Part shown: piece by piece, positions 1 to 12,878 of the stretch | How positions within the stretch are numbered: the first letter of the stretch is position 1 | Layout of the letters: the number at the start of each line of letters is the position of its first letter | Program-made: the position numbers and the translations under genes | Assembly: GCA_002269645.1 (NCBI GenBank) | Contig: NIVC01000114.1 | Coordinates: 310,001 to 374,000 of the forward strand | Reading direction: 5' to 3' | Origin: Macrostomum lignano | Lineage: Eukaryota | Length of the DNA: 64,000 nucleotides | Notes under the pieces: model-generated | Databases searched by the model: none | The model's input: the letters and a program-made list of their open reading frames with translations, nothing else | Told to the model about the DNA's origin: nothing

Positions 1-193
1 ATAATAGCTCGTAATTTAGCGACCCAAAGGTAAAATAAAATCTGTCCTTCATGTATAGCTGCACGCATCTGACCGCAAAACTCCGATCATTTTTAGAATA
101 AAGCAAGAACCCAAAATCAGAGGAACGAAAAAATCTTTGTCTCATATATCACCCTGCAATGTCACTTTCTTTTTCAATCTGGCACTGTATAGC

Positions 194-453
194 TCAAATA
201 TTGCCAACCGTAGAATAGGTGACAGCGGATGAGCTCTGCTGCTGGCGGGTGTTGTAACCACCCATCGACTGCGGCTGCTGCAGCTGACTGGTTGCCCCGC
301 CGCGTCTCAGAATTGTCGTCGTCTGTTGCTGCTCATAACCGCCGCCGGTGCTACCGCCACCTCCGTAGCCAAGCTGCTTGCCACCGCTGCCGCCTCCGCT
401 GCTGGCGCGAGACGCTGCGTGTTGGTTGGCGAGTGATAGCCCAGAATGACCGA
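194..453 (-). CDS. Possible extra 3' exon of the IF gene encoding a Gly/Ser/Gln-rich tail (VGHSGLSLANQHAASRASSGGGSGGKQLGYGGGGSTGGGYEQQQ...TYSTVGNI*)
   Basis: GC-rich, coding-like 86-codon open frame after an AAG acceptor at 454-456, phase 1. A strong AG|GTGAGT donor lies 11 nt past the annotated stop. Joining them in frame needs a 1-nt correction just before the stop. Confidence 0.4.
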
Positions 454-1059
454 CTTTGATTCAGTGTATCAAATGTAACTATTGTCAAGCATTATACTGT
501 TTTTTTACCTATTAGAATAAAAATTGACATTTGGTACAAAACATTCAACTGTTAGGATTGTCGTCTGCTAGACAGTAGCGTTCATCAGCTAGTCGTGAGA
601 TTAACTTACGTCTTAGACATTCTAAGTCCACTATAGTACGAATGAGTTTTCTAGGTAATCTATTTAGGTTTGGATTGATCTATTTCTAAACAAAAAACGT
701 TACTAATAAAATGCATGATTATCGTATTTGCTTACTATATGTCCAACGTGTGAGAGTAGTATCATGAGATTTCTAAAATCTATGACGACTCATGGTGTTT
801 TGTAAAATAATATTGACGATATGTTGGAGAAAGAACCTTACACCCTATCAATAATTCATGGGAATAGATCTTATATCGCGCATTAGCATAATATAGCACT
901 CACTCAACAGCCAAACCTTGCATTTGAATAATTATTTAGTAAACGCCCAAAACTCTGCGAGCGCTGCGGTACCGCTAGGAATTTTGAGATTATTATATAA
1001 CTAATTCTTCTCCCAGCCACTCTGCGAGAAGTACTCAGCTTGACTCACCTTCGTGCACC

Positions 1060-4000
1060 TCAGTGCTCCATGACCACACTGGGTTTTTCGGTGGTCCGGA
1101 AGCTGCCCTGTCGGCTGATGTTCTCCACCTTCTCCATGGCTACGCCCTCAGCGTCAAGCAGCTTTCGATACGCGGCAATCTCCAGCTCGAGACTGATCTT
1201 AGCGTCTAGAAGGGCCTGTAGTTCGTTCAGCACACGCCTAAGATCCGTCTCCGTATTGGTAAGCTCCTTGCCAAGACGCTCCTGCTCCTCACTGTGACGG
1301 CGACGCTCCACTTCGTGCTCGCGCTGCAGTTCTTCGATCATGCGTTCCAGGGAGTCATTCTAAAATCATGTTGCAATTTGAGTTTGATTTTGCATTCGGT
1401 TTTTTCCAGTACTTTTGCTGAGTAGTAGCAGTACAGCGGTAATGAGTCTGACTTTCAAGCCAAAGACCTGACTGCTTTAATTTGGTCCTTTGATTGGCCA
1501 GAATATTGGCCTAGGGACTACTCAATACTCGGGAAGGGACTCAACTACAAAAGTTGAAGGCCGGTCTATTAATAACTTAGTCCTAGAAAAGCCTTATTTA
1601 GATAGGTTTTACCTTGTAGCCAGTGAGTTTGCATTTGTGGTGGAAACCTATCCAAGTAATGCTTTTCGAGGACTAAGATCGACCTCCAACTTTTGTAGTT
1701 TCCCGTCCTTAGTTATTGAGTAGTCCCTGTATTGGCCTAGGCCACCCCAATGTCACAGAGTGCGTACATGTGAGAAAGGCAGGGCTGCTGTACACCCTGT
1801 GCGACTTTGTCTGCGTACGCATCCGTGTGCGTGCTTAGGTCTTGACGAAACTTGCCTCTTCGCTGCCAAACTGCACATTTTACATTTTGAAGTACAAGTA
1901 CCTTTCTGGCAACTTTGGGACAAGGGTTGACGCTTTGTCTCCGCCACATCAGATCACCGGTGCGGTAAGAATTGGCATCCAGGCCATAGCCATACATATA
2001 GACTGCAGGTGGACTGATAATTTGGCTCATAATTAACACTTGAAGCTTACCCTGGCCTGTTGATCGGCAATCTTCTTTCTCAGTTCGGCCATCATGTCTT
2101 TCATCTTCTTGTTTTCTTCTTTAAGATAGGTGGTCTCCGATGTGCCTTGATTGTTGTTCTTGGCCAGCTCTCGTAGCTAAAGCATTCGAAAAGGGGGTTA
2201 TCGTCCCTTTTGGTGAGATGGGTACTTTTTTAGGTTTCAAGAGGTTTAAGGGATTATGAGGACCCATTATTGGAATGTTGGTTCTCACTGAAGGACCGGT
2301 CAAGTGGTAGCTGCACGCACTGAGAGACCCGTTGAAGTGGTAGCTGCACTCACTGAGAGACCCATTGAAGTGGTAGCTGCACCCACTGAGAGACTCATTG
2401 AAGTGGTAGCTGCACCCACTGAGAGACTCATTGAAGTGGTAGCTGCACCACTGAGAGACCCATTGAAGTGGTAACTGCACCCACTGAAAGACCCATTAAA
2501 GTGGTAGCTGCACCCACCGAGAGACCCATGAAAGTGGTAGCTGAACCCACTGAGAGACCCATTGAAGTGGTAGCTGAACCCACCGAGAGACCCATGAAAG
2601 TGGTAGCTGCACCCACTGAGAGACCCATTGAAGTGGTAACTGCACCCACTGAAAGACCCATTAAAGTGGTAGCTGCACCCACCGAGAGACCCATGAAAGT
2701 GGTAGCTGAACCCACTGAGAGACCCATTGAAGTGGTAGCTGAACCCACTGAGAGACCCTTTGAAGTGGTAGCTGCACCCACCGAGAGACCCATGAAAGTG
2801 GTAGCTGCACCCACTGAGAGACCCATTGAAGTGGTAGCTGCACCCACTGAGAGACCCATTGAAGTGGTAGCTGCACCCACTGAGAGACCCATTGAAGTGG
2901 TAGCTGCACCCACCGAGAGACCCATGAAAGTGGTAGCTGCACCCACTGAGAGACCCATTGAAGTGGTAGCTGCACCCTCTGAAGGACTAAATTTAGATTA
3001 TTTTAAACTATAAAACATTGAATTTACGGTAAGCATTTAACCCCGACAAAAGTTAATTACAGCTATTTCAAAAACAGTGACATAAGAAAGCAGAAATTCT
3101 GTAAAAGAAGTTTCGGTGACGGAATATTGCGATATTTTGGGATTTATACTGCGGTGACAAAAGCTTGAGGCGTACTGGTACTGATGCTGTGAAGAATACG
3201 TTCGTGATTTTTCTATATGGGCTATAAATAAACTTGCTACGTGTTACGAATGGACGTTAGTCTTACGAGCGTAAAATTTAGGTAATGTGATGGTCTGTTA
3301 GTTGTTTACCTCATGGAACTGGAACACAATAGTGGGGTTGCATAAGTTGCGTGAGAATGTTGCTTTGGAGAGAAAATTTCTGTATGATATCGTCTGAAGC
3401 TTTTTACATACATAATACAGAGTACAGTACAGATTGGGGGAGTTGTGGGTACATTATATAGTATATGCACAGGATGGGAAATGGTGCGGGCTGCATCATG
3501 TGGGAGTCGGGTTCATTTTGGTTGAATTAAGTGTGTGTAGCGTTATTTTTCACCTTGTTCATGTAGACAGCCTCCAGTTCCACCCGCACGAGGTCCACCT
3601 TGTCGTCGTACTCCTTTTGAATCTCGTGGATAGCCTGTCCCAGCTCGGTCTTCCAGAATTCGCGACTCTCATCTTCGTCCTTCTTAACTAGCACGTAGAG
3701 CTCCTTGATTTCCTGATAAATATTTTTAACAGTCAAATTATTAGTAACTACCAATACCGCTTCATTATTTGATTTACGATTCTATATTCATGTGCTTAAA
3801 TCGCGACCCTCTACACACGCTATTAGAGTTAAAAAATTAGACATGGCATTTAAATAAATTACATCTTCAGCTACTGTCCAAAATTCGTGTACATGCGCCA
3901 GGTCGAAGGTTTGTACGAAAGCCAAAAGATTGCTTGAATAATAGGCTTTAAATTCAAGGCCTATTTTCTTGAAAGCAAATGCTGACCTGATCATGAACCC

Positions 4001-7000
4001 GTTTGAGGAACTCCAGCTCCTCCTTCAGTGTCTGATTCTCCGTCTGGGCACCAATTCTAGTGGCTGTCTCAGCGTCCAGGTCCGTGTGGAGACGGGCCAA
4101 ATCCTCCTTCATCTTGATCATCTGCTGCTTCACTCGCGTCTTCTCGCCCTCTAACTGGGCGAGCCGTCGCCGGAGCAAAGCAATTTCGCCGTCCCGATCG
4201 GATAGTTCGTGATTTTGACGGTCGATTTTCTCGTTGCAACTCTCGTTCTGGTTGTTGGACTCCGTCAGTCTGGTTTGGAGAGGTTTGAACATTTTTAAAT
4301 TGCAACATGACGCCGAACCACGACTTAATTACGCCCCTTAAAACACCACAAGAGCACCCTGAACAGCAGTTTGAACAAAATCTGTTACAGTACTTTTAAT
4401 TGTACCTACAATAGTTAGTACTCCATTAAAGTACAAGCATAAAAGTACCGAAATCTGTACCATAGCAACCATAACAGTAACCCACAATGGCAGAGTTAAG
4501 CAACCCTAAGCTACGACCGAGACAAATAATTTTGTTCCTGAATAGATTTTGAAGCCATAGTGAACTGAATAGTCTCAGAAATAGCTTATGCACCAGATAA
4601 CCCCCCCCCCCCCCTAGACTATATATTCTTGCATGTGTACCTAATGCGGTATAGACCGGATTTCAATTAAAGACTTCTACATGCGCCCCAAAGTCGAGAC
4701 TAAACAATGTTAGGATAATGCATAGAGACTTACAAAAATACAATAGCAAGCAAGCTTAATCTCTTGTCAACAGTAACTAGCTAACTAGCTAGGACTGCGA
4801 TAGAAATAGTGCACCCCAAGTTGGTGAATATAAAAATAAACCTAAATCGAAACCAGAAAGTGAAATATACTTTATAAGACCTGAGCACAGTCCGCCCAAA
4901 TGAAGTTGGTCCAATCAGTGCACATACCACCCCTGCAGTGCCGAAAAAAATAATTTTTTTTAGTTCTTCTACCCTTCAAGGTGAAGAAAAATTGCTTAGT
5001 GTGCTGCTAAAATCTGTCGCTAGCCATGCAGAGAGAAGTAGCCAACAGTTCCTTTGACCAAATGGAGGTGAAATGAGCGATCGCCCTTTTTTCGGGGCTA
5101 CTGCTGACTGCGTTTATTGCTGAGTCTAGTTGGGATTGCAACTGAGCTAAGTATATCAACAAATGGGAGCTAGCTACATGTAGGCTAAAAAAATCAATGA
5201 CTTAGAGTCCAGCCGAACTGACCAGACTGGTCGGGGTGCGGGTCGAATTTATTTGGTTGCTAAGTGCAAGCGGACGAGAACTAGCAGCTGTCTGGGTAAT
5301 GCAGTCGGCGTCTAACACTCGTATTGAATCTCCCATCAAGGATGGGCACTTATTTTCATCGCATAATGCTTTAACATGTAGCTATAATTAGCTTCAAATC
5401 GGGTTTCTTTCATCAAAGACAAAATCTTAGAACAATGAATTGTCTAACAAAGATTTAATTTAAGCACTGGAGTTGTTCTTTAACTAATTCAATAAGACAA
5501 AGTCAAGCAGCTATGCTCCTTCTGCCGACGTCTGAGCACTTGGACGCTCGCACAGTGTGTACATTTATCCCTAACTTTCTAATCGTCAGACATGTACACA
5601 AACTGTACCTTTTGGGTTGGCCCCATGGTCGTGAATTGGTGTACTACAGAAACTACAGAGCAGTGCAAGAGGGCAACTCACTGCTCCCGCATGTCCTTGT
5701 TGTAGGCATCAAGCGAAGCCAGTTTGGCGTCCTTCTCGCCCTTCATTCGCTCGGCATCGTCCAGCAGACGGCGGAGCTGCTTCAGCTCCACGTCGTACAT
5801 TTGACGGATTTTCTCGGTCTCCTTGCCCCAGCGCGCTTTCAAGCCGGCCAGCTCGTCCTTGAGCTTCTTGTTCTGAGCCTGCAGGTAGCGGGTCTGAAAA
5901 GGCGGGCAGGCAGCAGTTTCCAGGTGAGCATATTTAGGCTGATCTGATGCTCTTGTGCAGTCTGACCTCCCATGTAATTTGTAGTTATTGCAGTCTGACC
6001 TCCCATGTTTGTAGTTTTATTGTATTCTGACCTCCCATGTTTGTAGTTTTATTGTATTCTGACCTCCCATGTTTGTAGTTTGATTGTAGGCTGACCTCCC
6101 ATGTTTGTAGTTTCAGTGTAGTCTGACCTCCCATGTTTATAGTTTTAGTGTCGTCTGACCTCCCACGTTTGTAGTTTTAGTGTAGTCTGACCTCCCATGT
6201 TTGTAGTTTTATTGTAGTCTGACCTCCCATGTTTGTATTTTATTGTATTCTGACCTCCCATGTTTGTAGTTTTATTGTAGTCTGACCTCCCATGTTTGTA
6301 GTTTTATTGCAGTCTGACCTCCCATGTTTGTAGTTTTAGTGTAGTCTGACCTCCCATGTTTGTAGTTTTATTGTAGGCTGACCTCCCATGTTTGTAGTTT
6401 CAGTGTAGTCTGACTTCCCATGTTTATAGTTTTAGTGTTGTCTGACCTCCCACATCTGTAGTTTTAGTGTCGTCTGACCTCCCACGTTTGTAGTTTTAGT
6501 GTAGTCTGACCTCCCATGTTTGTAGTTTTATTGTAGTCTGACCTCCCATGTTTTTATTTTATTGTATTCTGACCTCCCATGTTTGTAGTTTTATTGTAGT
6601 CTGACCTCCCATGTTTGTAGTTTTATTGCAGTCTGACCTCCCATGTTTGTAGTTTTAGTGCAGTCTGACCTCCTATGTTTGTAGTTTTATTGTAGTCTGA
6701 CCTCCCATGTTTGTAGTTTTAGTGCAGTCTGACCTCCCATGTTTGTAGTTTTAGTGCAGACTGACCTCCCATGTTTGTAGTTTTAGTGTCGTCTGACCTC
6801 CCATGTTTATAGTTTTAGTGCAGTCTGACCTCCCACATCTGCAGTTTTAGTGTAGTCTGACCTCCCACATCTGTAGTTTTAGTGCAGACTGACCTCCCAC
6901 ATCTGTAGTTTTAGTGTAGCCTGACCTCCCATGTTTGTAGTTTTAGTGTCGTCTGACCTCCCACATCTGCAGTTTTAGTGTAGCCTGATTTCCCATGTTT

Positions 7001-9344
7001 GTAGTTTTATTGTAGTCTGACCTCCCATGTTTGTAGTTTTATTGTAGTCTGACCTCCCATGTTTGTAGTTTTATTGTAGTCTGACCTCCCATGTTTGTAG
7101 TTTTAGTGCAGTCTGACCTCCCACATCTGTAGTTTTAGTGCAGTCTGACCTCCCACATCTGTAGTTTTAGTGTAGTCTGACCACCCATGTCTGTAGTTTT
7201 AGTGCAGTCTGACCTCCCACATCTGTAGTTTTAGTGCAGTCTGACCTCCCACATCTGTAGTTTTAGTGTAGCCTGACCTCCCATGTTTGTAGTTTTATTG
7301 TAGTCTGACCTCCCATGTTTGTAGTTTTAGTGCAGTCTGACCTCCCACATCTGTAGTTTTAGTGTAGCCTGACCTCCCATGTTTGTAGTTTTAGTGCAGT
7401 CTGACCTCCCTCATCTGTAGTTTTAGTGTAGCCTGACCTCCCATGTTTGTAGTTTTAGTGTAGTCTGACCTCCCTCATCTGTAGTTATAGCGTGGTCTGA
7501 CCTCCCACATCTGCAGTTTTAGTGTAGCCTGATTTCCCATGTTTGTAGTTTTATTGTAGTCTGACCTCCCATGTTTGTAGTTTTATTGTAGTCTGACCTC
7601 CCATGTTTGTAGTTTTATTGTAGTCTGACCTCCCATGTTTGTAGTTTTAGTGCAGTCTGACCTCCCACATCTGTAGTTTTAGTGCAGTCTGACCTCCCAC
7701 ATCTGTAGTTTTAGTGTAGTCTGACCACCCATGTCTGTAGTTTTAGTGCAGTCTGACCTCCCACATCTGTAGTTTTAGTGCAGTCTGACCTCCCACATCT
7801 GTAGTTTTAGCGTAGCCTGACCTCCCATGTTTGTAGTTTTATTGTAGTCTGACCTCCCATGTTTGTAGTTTTAGTGCAGTCTGACCTCCCACATCTGTAG
7901 TTTCAGTGTAGCCTGACCTCCCATGTTTGTAGTTTTAGTGCAGTCTGACCTCCCTCATCTGTAGTTTTAGTGTAGCCTGACCTCCCATGTTTGTAGTTTT
8001 AGTGTAGTCTGACCTCCCTCATCTGTAGTTATAGCGTGGTCTGACCCTTTCCGATAGTTTTAGTGTAGTCTTACCGCCTCCGTGTGTGTTTATTTGTGTA
8101 CTCTGACTCTAAATAGCATCGTAATCAGAGTAGTGCTTCATCACACATTTTAGTGGACTCAATGACTCAGCGGTCAGCAAGGCGGACCCGATTTCTTGCA
8201 GCAGATTTCCCACGCCTGAGGCTGAGAGCGAACGACAGTCGGCATTTCGAGTGTGTGAAAATTTCTCCTAATTAAACTTATATTTATCGCCGTTGCATGT
8301 ATTTTCAGGCTTTTATGCCAAAATATGCGACTAAACTTAGCTTACAAAGGTGAGTTCCTTGATAGTAATAACTAGTCGTTTTATTTTCTAATTGCCTGTT
8401 AGACATTACGACGATGAAGTCATATATATCATATCGTATCAGCACTAATTTAAGAAATTATGCTGATTTTTTCGAATTTCCCCTTATATAAGACTCCGCA
8501 TCACTCCCCTCCTCACCCTCCTCTCCCCCCTCTCACCCTTCTCATCTCATCCTCTCACCGTCCTCATCGCAACCTTTCATACTCCTCATCTCACCCTCTC
8601 ACCTCATCTTACCCTCTCATCCTCATCTCACCATCTCATCCTCATCTCACCCCTCACCCTCCTCATCTCACCATCTCACCCTCCTCATCTCACCCTCCTC
8701 ATCTCACCCTCTTACCCTCCTTATCTCACCCCTCACCCTCCTCATCTCACCATCTCACCCTCCTCATCTCACCCTCTCACCCTCTTCATCTCCCCTTCTC
8801 ACCCTCCTCATCTCACCCCTCAACCTCCTCATCTCACCCTTTTACCCTCCTCATCTACCCCTCACCCTCCTCATCTCACTCTCTCAACCTTCACATCTCA
8901 TCCTTCACCCGCATCACCACATCCTCTTATCATTCTTATCTCACCCTCTCACCGTAGCATTTCCCCCTGTTTCTTTCTAACTTTTTTCTTACTCCCATCT
9001 TTTTTAAAACAAAGCTACCCAATCCCCAGTCAACCAACCTTCTCAATAAAGCCTCCCAGCCTCTCGTTCAGCTCCTGCATCTCCTTCTTGCTCCGTCCCC
9101 GAGCCTCTACCACGTGTTGAATATCCGGGATGTCGGCTTCGAGCGACGCGCGACGAGACCGAGAGGTCTTAGAGCTGTAGTGCACGCTGCTGGAGCCCTG
9201 GGTTCGCGACACCATGGCCTGTCTAGGGTTGGACACGGCTGTATAGTTGGATGCCACGTCTGTCATCTCCATCTTGCTGTGGCCGCCCAGCCTCTTGCCA
9301 TTGCCGGCCTGCTGTGTCTGATACAGCTGCACGTTCTGCTCCAT
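1060..9344 (-). CDS. Cytoplasmic intermediate filament protein, protostome type, 461 aa; exons 9344-9039, 5893-5682, 4269-3987, 3712-3554, 2176-2051, 1359-1060
   Basis: The six exons join in frame through GT-AG sites (phases 0,2,0,0,0). Coil 1a motif KKEMQELNERLGGFIEK|TRYLQAQN, coil 1b end LKEELEFLKRVHDQ|EIKEL and rod-end motif LQALLDAKISLELEIAAYRKLLDAEG are all present. Y(DVEL) to F(LKRVH) spans 125 aa, against 83 aa recalled for vimentin, i.e. the 42-aa lamin-like insertion typical of protostome IFs. Ser/Arg-rich head. Confidence 0.93.
1512..1729. mobile_element. Non-autonomous hAT-type MITE, 218 bp, in IF intron 5
   Basis: Ends TAGGGACTACTCAATA ... TATTGAGTAGTCCCTG, with imperfect inverted similarity over ~55 bp (ACTACAAAAGTTG). 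Perfect 8-bp target-site duplication TATTGGCC at 1504-1511 and 1730-1737. An 8-bp TSD and (C/T)AGGG ends are hAT hallmarks. Confidence 0.85.
2287..2984. repeat. 33-bp minisatellite in IF intron 4
   Basis: Unit GAAGTGGTAGCTGCACCCACTGAGAGACCCATT, about 20 copies; reads (EVVAAPTERPI)n on the plus strand. Confidence 0.95.
5957..8075. repeat. 32-bp minisatellite in IF intron 1
   Basis: Unit GTCTGACCTCCCATGTTTGTAGTTTTATTGTA and variants, about 65 copies. Confidence 0.95.
8505..8955. repeat. Degenerate CT-rich repeat (CTCACCCTCCTCAT-like) in IF intron 1
   Basis: Pyrimidine-rich imperfect tandem units. Confidence 0.85.
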
Positions 9345-9479
9345 ATCGCTGTTCGTCCGGTGTTTGCCGCCTCTGCATCGGTGGGTGCAGTTGGTGAGAT
9401 TACGTAATGGCTCCTTTAGACTGCTAAATTCAAATTGAAGTCAAATTTTGCTTATGTGATTCCTTATTCTCTTATGTCT

Positions 9480-10400
9480 GTCTTTGTCACCTCTCTCTTT
9501 TCTACCTCTTCCCTTTTCTCACCCCCTATCTCCTTGACTCACCCCTATCTTCACCCCTATATCCTTGTTCCACCCTTATCTCCTTGTCTCACCCCCTATC
9601 TCCTTGTCTCATCCCCTATCGCCTTGTCTCACCCCCTATTTCCTTGTCTCACCCCCTATCTCCTTGTCTCATCCCCATCTCCTTGTCTCACCCCTATCTC
9701 CTTTTCTCACCCCCTATCTCCTTGTCTCACCCCCTATCTCCTTGACTCACCCCTATCTTCACCCCTATATCCTTGTTCCACCCTTATCTCCTTGTCTCAC
9801 CCCCTATCTCCTTGTCTCACCCCCTATCTCCTTGTCTCACCCCCTATCTCCTTGTCTCACCCCCTATCTCCTTGTCTCACCCCCTATCTCCTTGTCTCAC
9901 CCCCTATCTCCTTGTCTCACCCCCTATCTCCTTGTCTCACCCCCTATCTCCTTGTCTCACCCCCTATCTCCTTGTCTCTCCCCTCTATCTCTTTGTCTCT
10001 CCGCTCTATCTCCTTCTCCGACCCCTATCTCCTTGTCTCACCCCTTTATCTCCTTGTCTCACCCCCTATCTCCTTGTCTCACCCCCTATATCCTTGTCTC
10101 ACCCCCTATCTCCTTGTCTCACCCCCTATATCCTTGTCTCACCCCCTATCTCCTTGTCTCACCCCCTATATCCTTGTCTCACCCCCTATCTCCTTGTCTC
10201 ACCCCTTTATCTCCCTATCTCACCTCTCTATCTCCTTGTCTCACCCCCTATCTCCTTGTCTCACCCCTTCTATCTCTGTCTCACCCCTCTATCTCCTTGT
10301 CTCACCCCTCTATCTCCTTGTCTCACCCCTCTATCTCATTGTATTATCCATCTATCTCCTTGTTCCACCCTAATCTCTCCTTGTCTCACCCTCTATCTAT
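9480..10400. repeat. 20-bp CT-rich minisatellite upstream of the IF start codon
   Basis: Unit CCCCCTATCTCCTTGTCTCA, about 45 copies. Confidence 0.95.
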
Positions 10401-11044
10401 TTGTCTTACTCCTCTATATATTTTGATTCCGCAGCCTAGCCCATTCTCAGCTCAGCTGCCGCCAACCCCGCCCGCTCAGTGGCTAGGTCAAGAACAGCCT
10501 CAGCTCTCCCGGATCCAATCAAGGCATTAAACATTTATCTGGTTGAGCAGCATTACTGAGCACCACGAGCTACTGTTACTTGGCTATGCAATATTGACGA
10601 CTAGGTTGACTTGGTTCAGGGCAACGGGTGCGGCGGGCTATTCCACCTGATCTCTAAGACGATTGCTCTCCGTTGCACTCTCTGATCGCTGACTCACTGT
10701 TGTATTGAGTGAGGATTTCTGGGAAGATTCTCTACGTATCCGGGGGAAGGGCGGCTACCCTGGCCGATCGGTTGAGAATTTTGTCTTTTGGTCGATCAAA
10801 TAATCGAGAATTTGGGGGCTCTGTCAGGCCGCCACTCGCCAGGCTGTTCTGTCTGATTCTGTCTGCCTGCCTGAGCTGCCTTCCACGGGGGGTAGAGAGA
10901 GAGGCAGAGGAGCAGACTGTTTCACTTCCTGCTTGGCTGAGGTAGCGGGTGTAGCCGTGAGTGAGCTCGGGGTCCGCGCTGGCCTGTACATGGACTCTGC
11001 GACTGACTCACCAACAATGGGACTCTATGGATAAACTGCCTGTA

Positions 11045-11650
<606 letters not shown>

Positions 11651-12261
11651 TAATCTCTCATAAAGTAATTTGCTTTTACGAACGCCAACTTACCCAAATT
11701 ATACCGAAAAAAGAATTAGTTACTCTAATGCTCAGCTGCAAAGCCAATCAGTCAGAAGCTCTCTATACTTTAGCGGCAGTGTTTTTCTGGGCGAGGGCAG
11801 CTTGACAGCAACACACCTTTGCCCCGCTATATAGCCCTCACCTTAGGGTGACCCCGGAACCTTCGGCCACCCCCCTAACACTGAGTCCTGCTCACCGCAT
11901 AGGCGAGGCCAAATCTCTCTGGAACAAAAGCCACTCCCAGCATAGGGGAGGGTGGTGTTCTAGCCCAGCCAATGAGGGACTCACTGAGCAAAACTACCGC
12001 TATTTATATATATTGTGTATTTGCTGTTCTGCTGACTGACCCCCTATGCCAGCCTGACAGGCAATCATAATGGGATTCCATTTCCAGATTAAACACGGAC
12101 ATGGGGTGAGGGATATAGCTAGGCTTTGCAGGAAGACGTGGGAAGACAACAACCAGAATTTGAGAAGGAATCCCATGTGGAGCCTCATGTTGAGCACACC
12201 GCCCCTCATTTCGGTTAAATATTCCTCATTCAAAACTAAAGCATATTGTTCCTGCGCTAAC

Positions 12262-12782
12262 ATGTGCTCATGATGCATGTACTGTGTCAGCTGTGTGCTC
12301 ATGATGCATATACTGTGTCAGCTATGTGCTCATGATGCATGTACTGTGTCAGCTGTGTGCTCATGATGCATATACTGTGTCAGCTGTGTGCTCATGATGC
12401 ATGTACTGTGTCAGCTGTGTGCTCATGATGCATATACTGTGTCAGCTGTGTGCTCATGATGCATATACTGTGTCAGCTGTGTGCTCATGATGCATATACT
12501 GTGTCAGCTGTGTGCTCATGATGCATATACTGTGTCAGCTGTGCTCATGATGCATATACTGTGTCAGCTGTGTGCTCATGATGCATATACTGTGTCAGCT
12601 GTGTGCTCATGATGCATACACTATGTCAGCTGTGCTCATGATGCATATACTGTGTGAGCTGTGTGCTCATGATGCATATACTGTGTCAGCTGTGCTCATG
12701 ATGCATATACTGTGTCAGCTGTGTACTCATGATGCATATACTGTGTCAGCTGTGTGCTCATGATGCATACACTGTGTCAGCT
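12262..12782. repeat. 30-32-bp minisatellite
   Basis: Unit TGTGCTCATGATGCATATACTGTGTCAGCTG(T), about 16 copies. Confidence 0.95.
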
Positions 12783-12872
12783 AGGTGCAGTGAGCACATA
12801 GATAAGAATTAAATCTTGCTTAAAGCTTTTGAAACTTTCCAGGATAAATAATTTCTGCACCGTGCTTTTATA

Positions 12873-12878
12873 TTTATT
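12873..12878 (-). terminator. Candidate polyadenylation signal (AATAAA) of the CCCH gene
   Basis: First AATAAA I found on the minus strand after the stop at 13309, in an AT-rich 3' region. Confidence 0.45.

Noticed and set aside
229-459. Plus-strand 76-aa ORF
   Set aside because: Antisense shadow of the Gly-rich minus-strand frame; no independent support.
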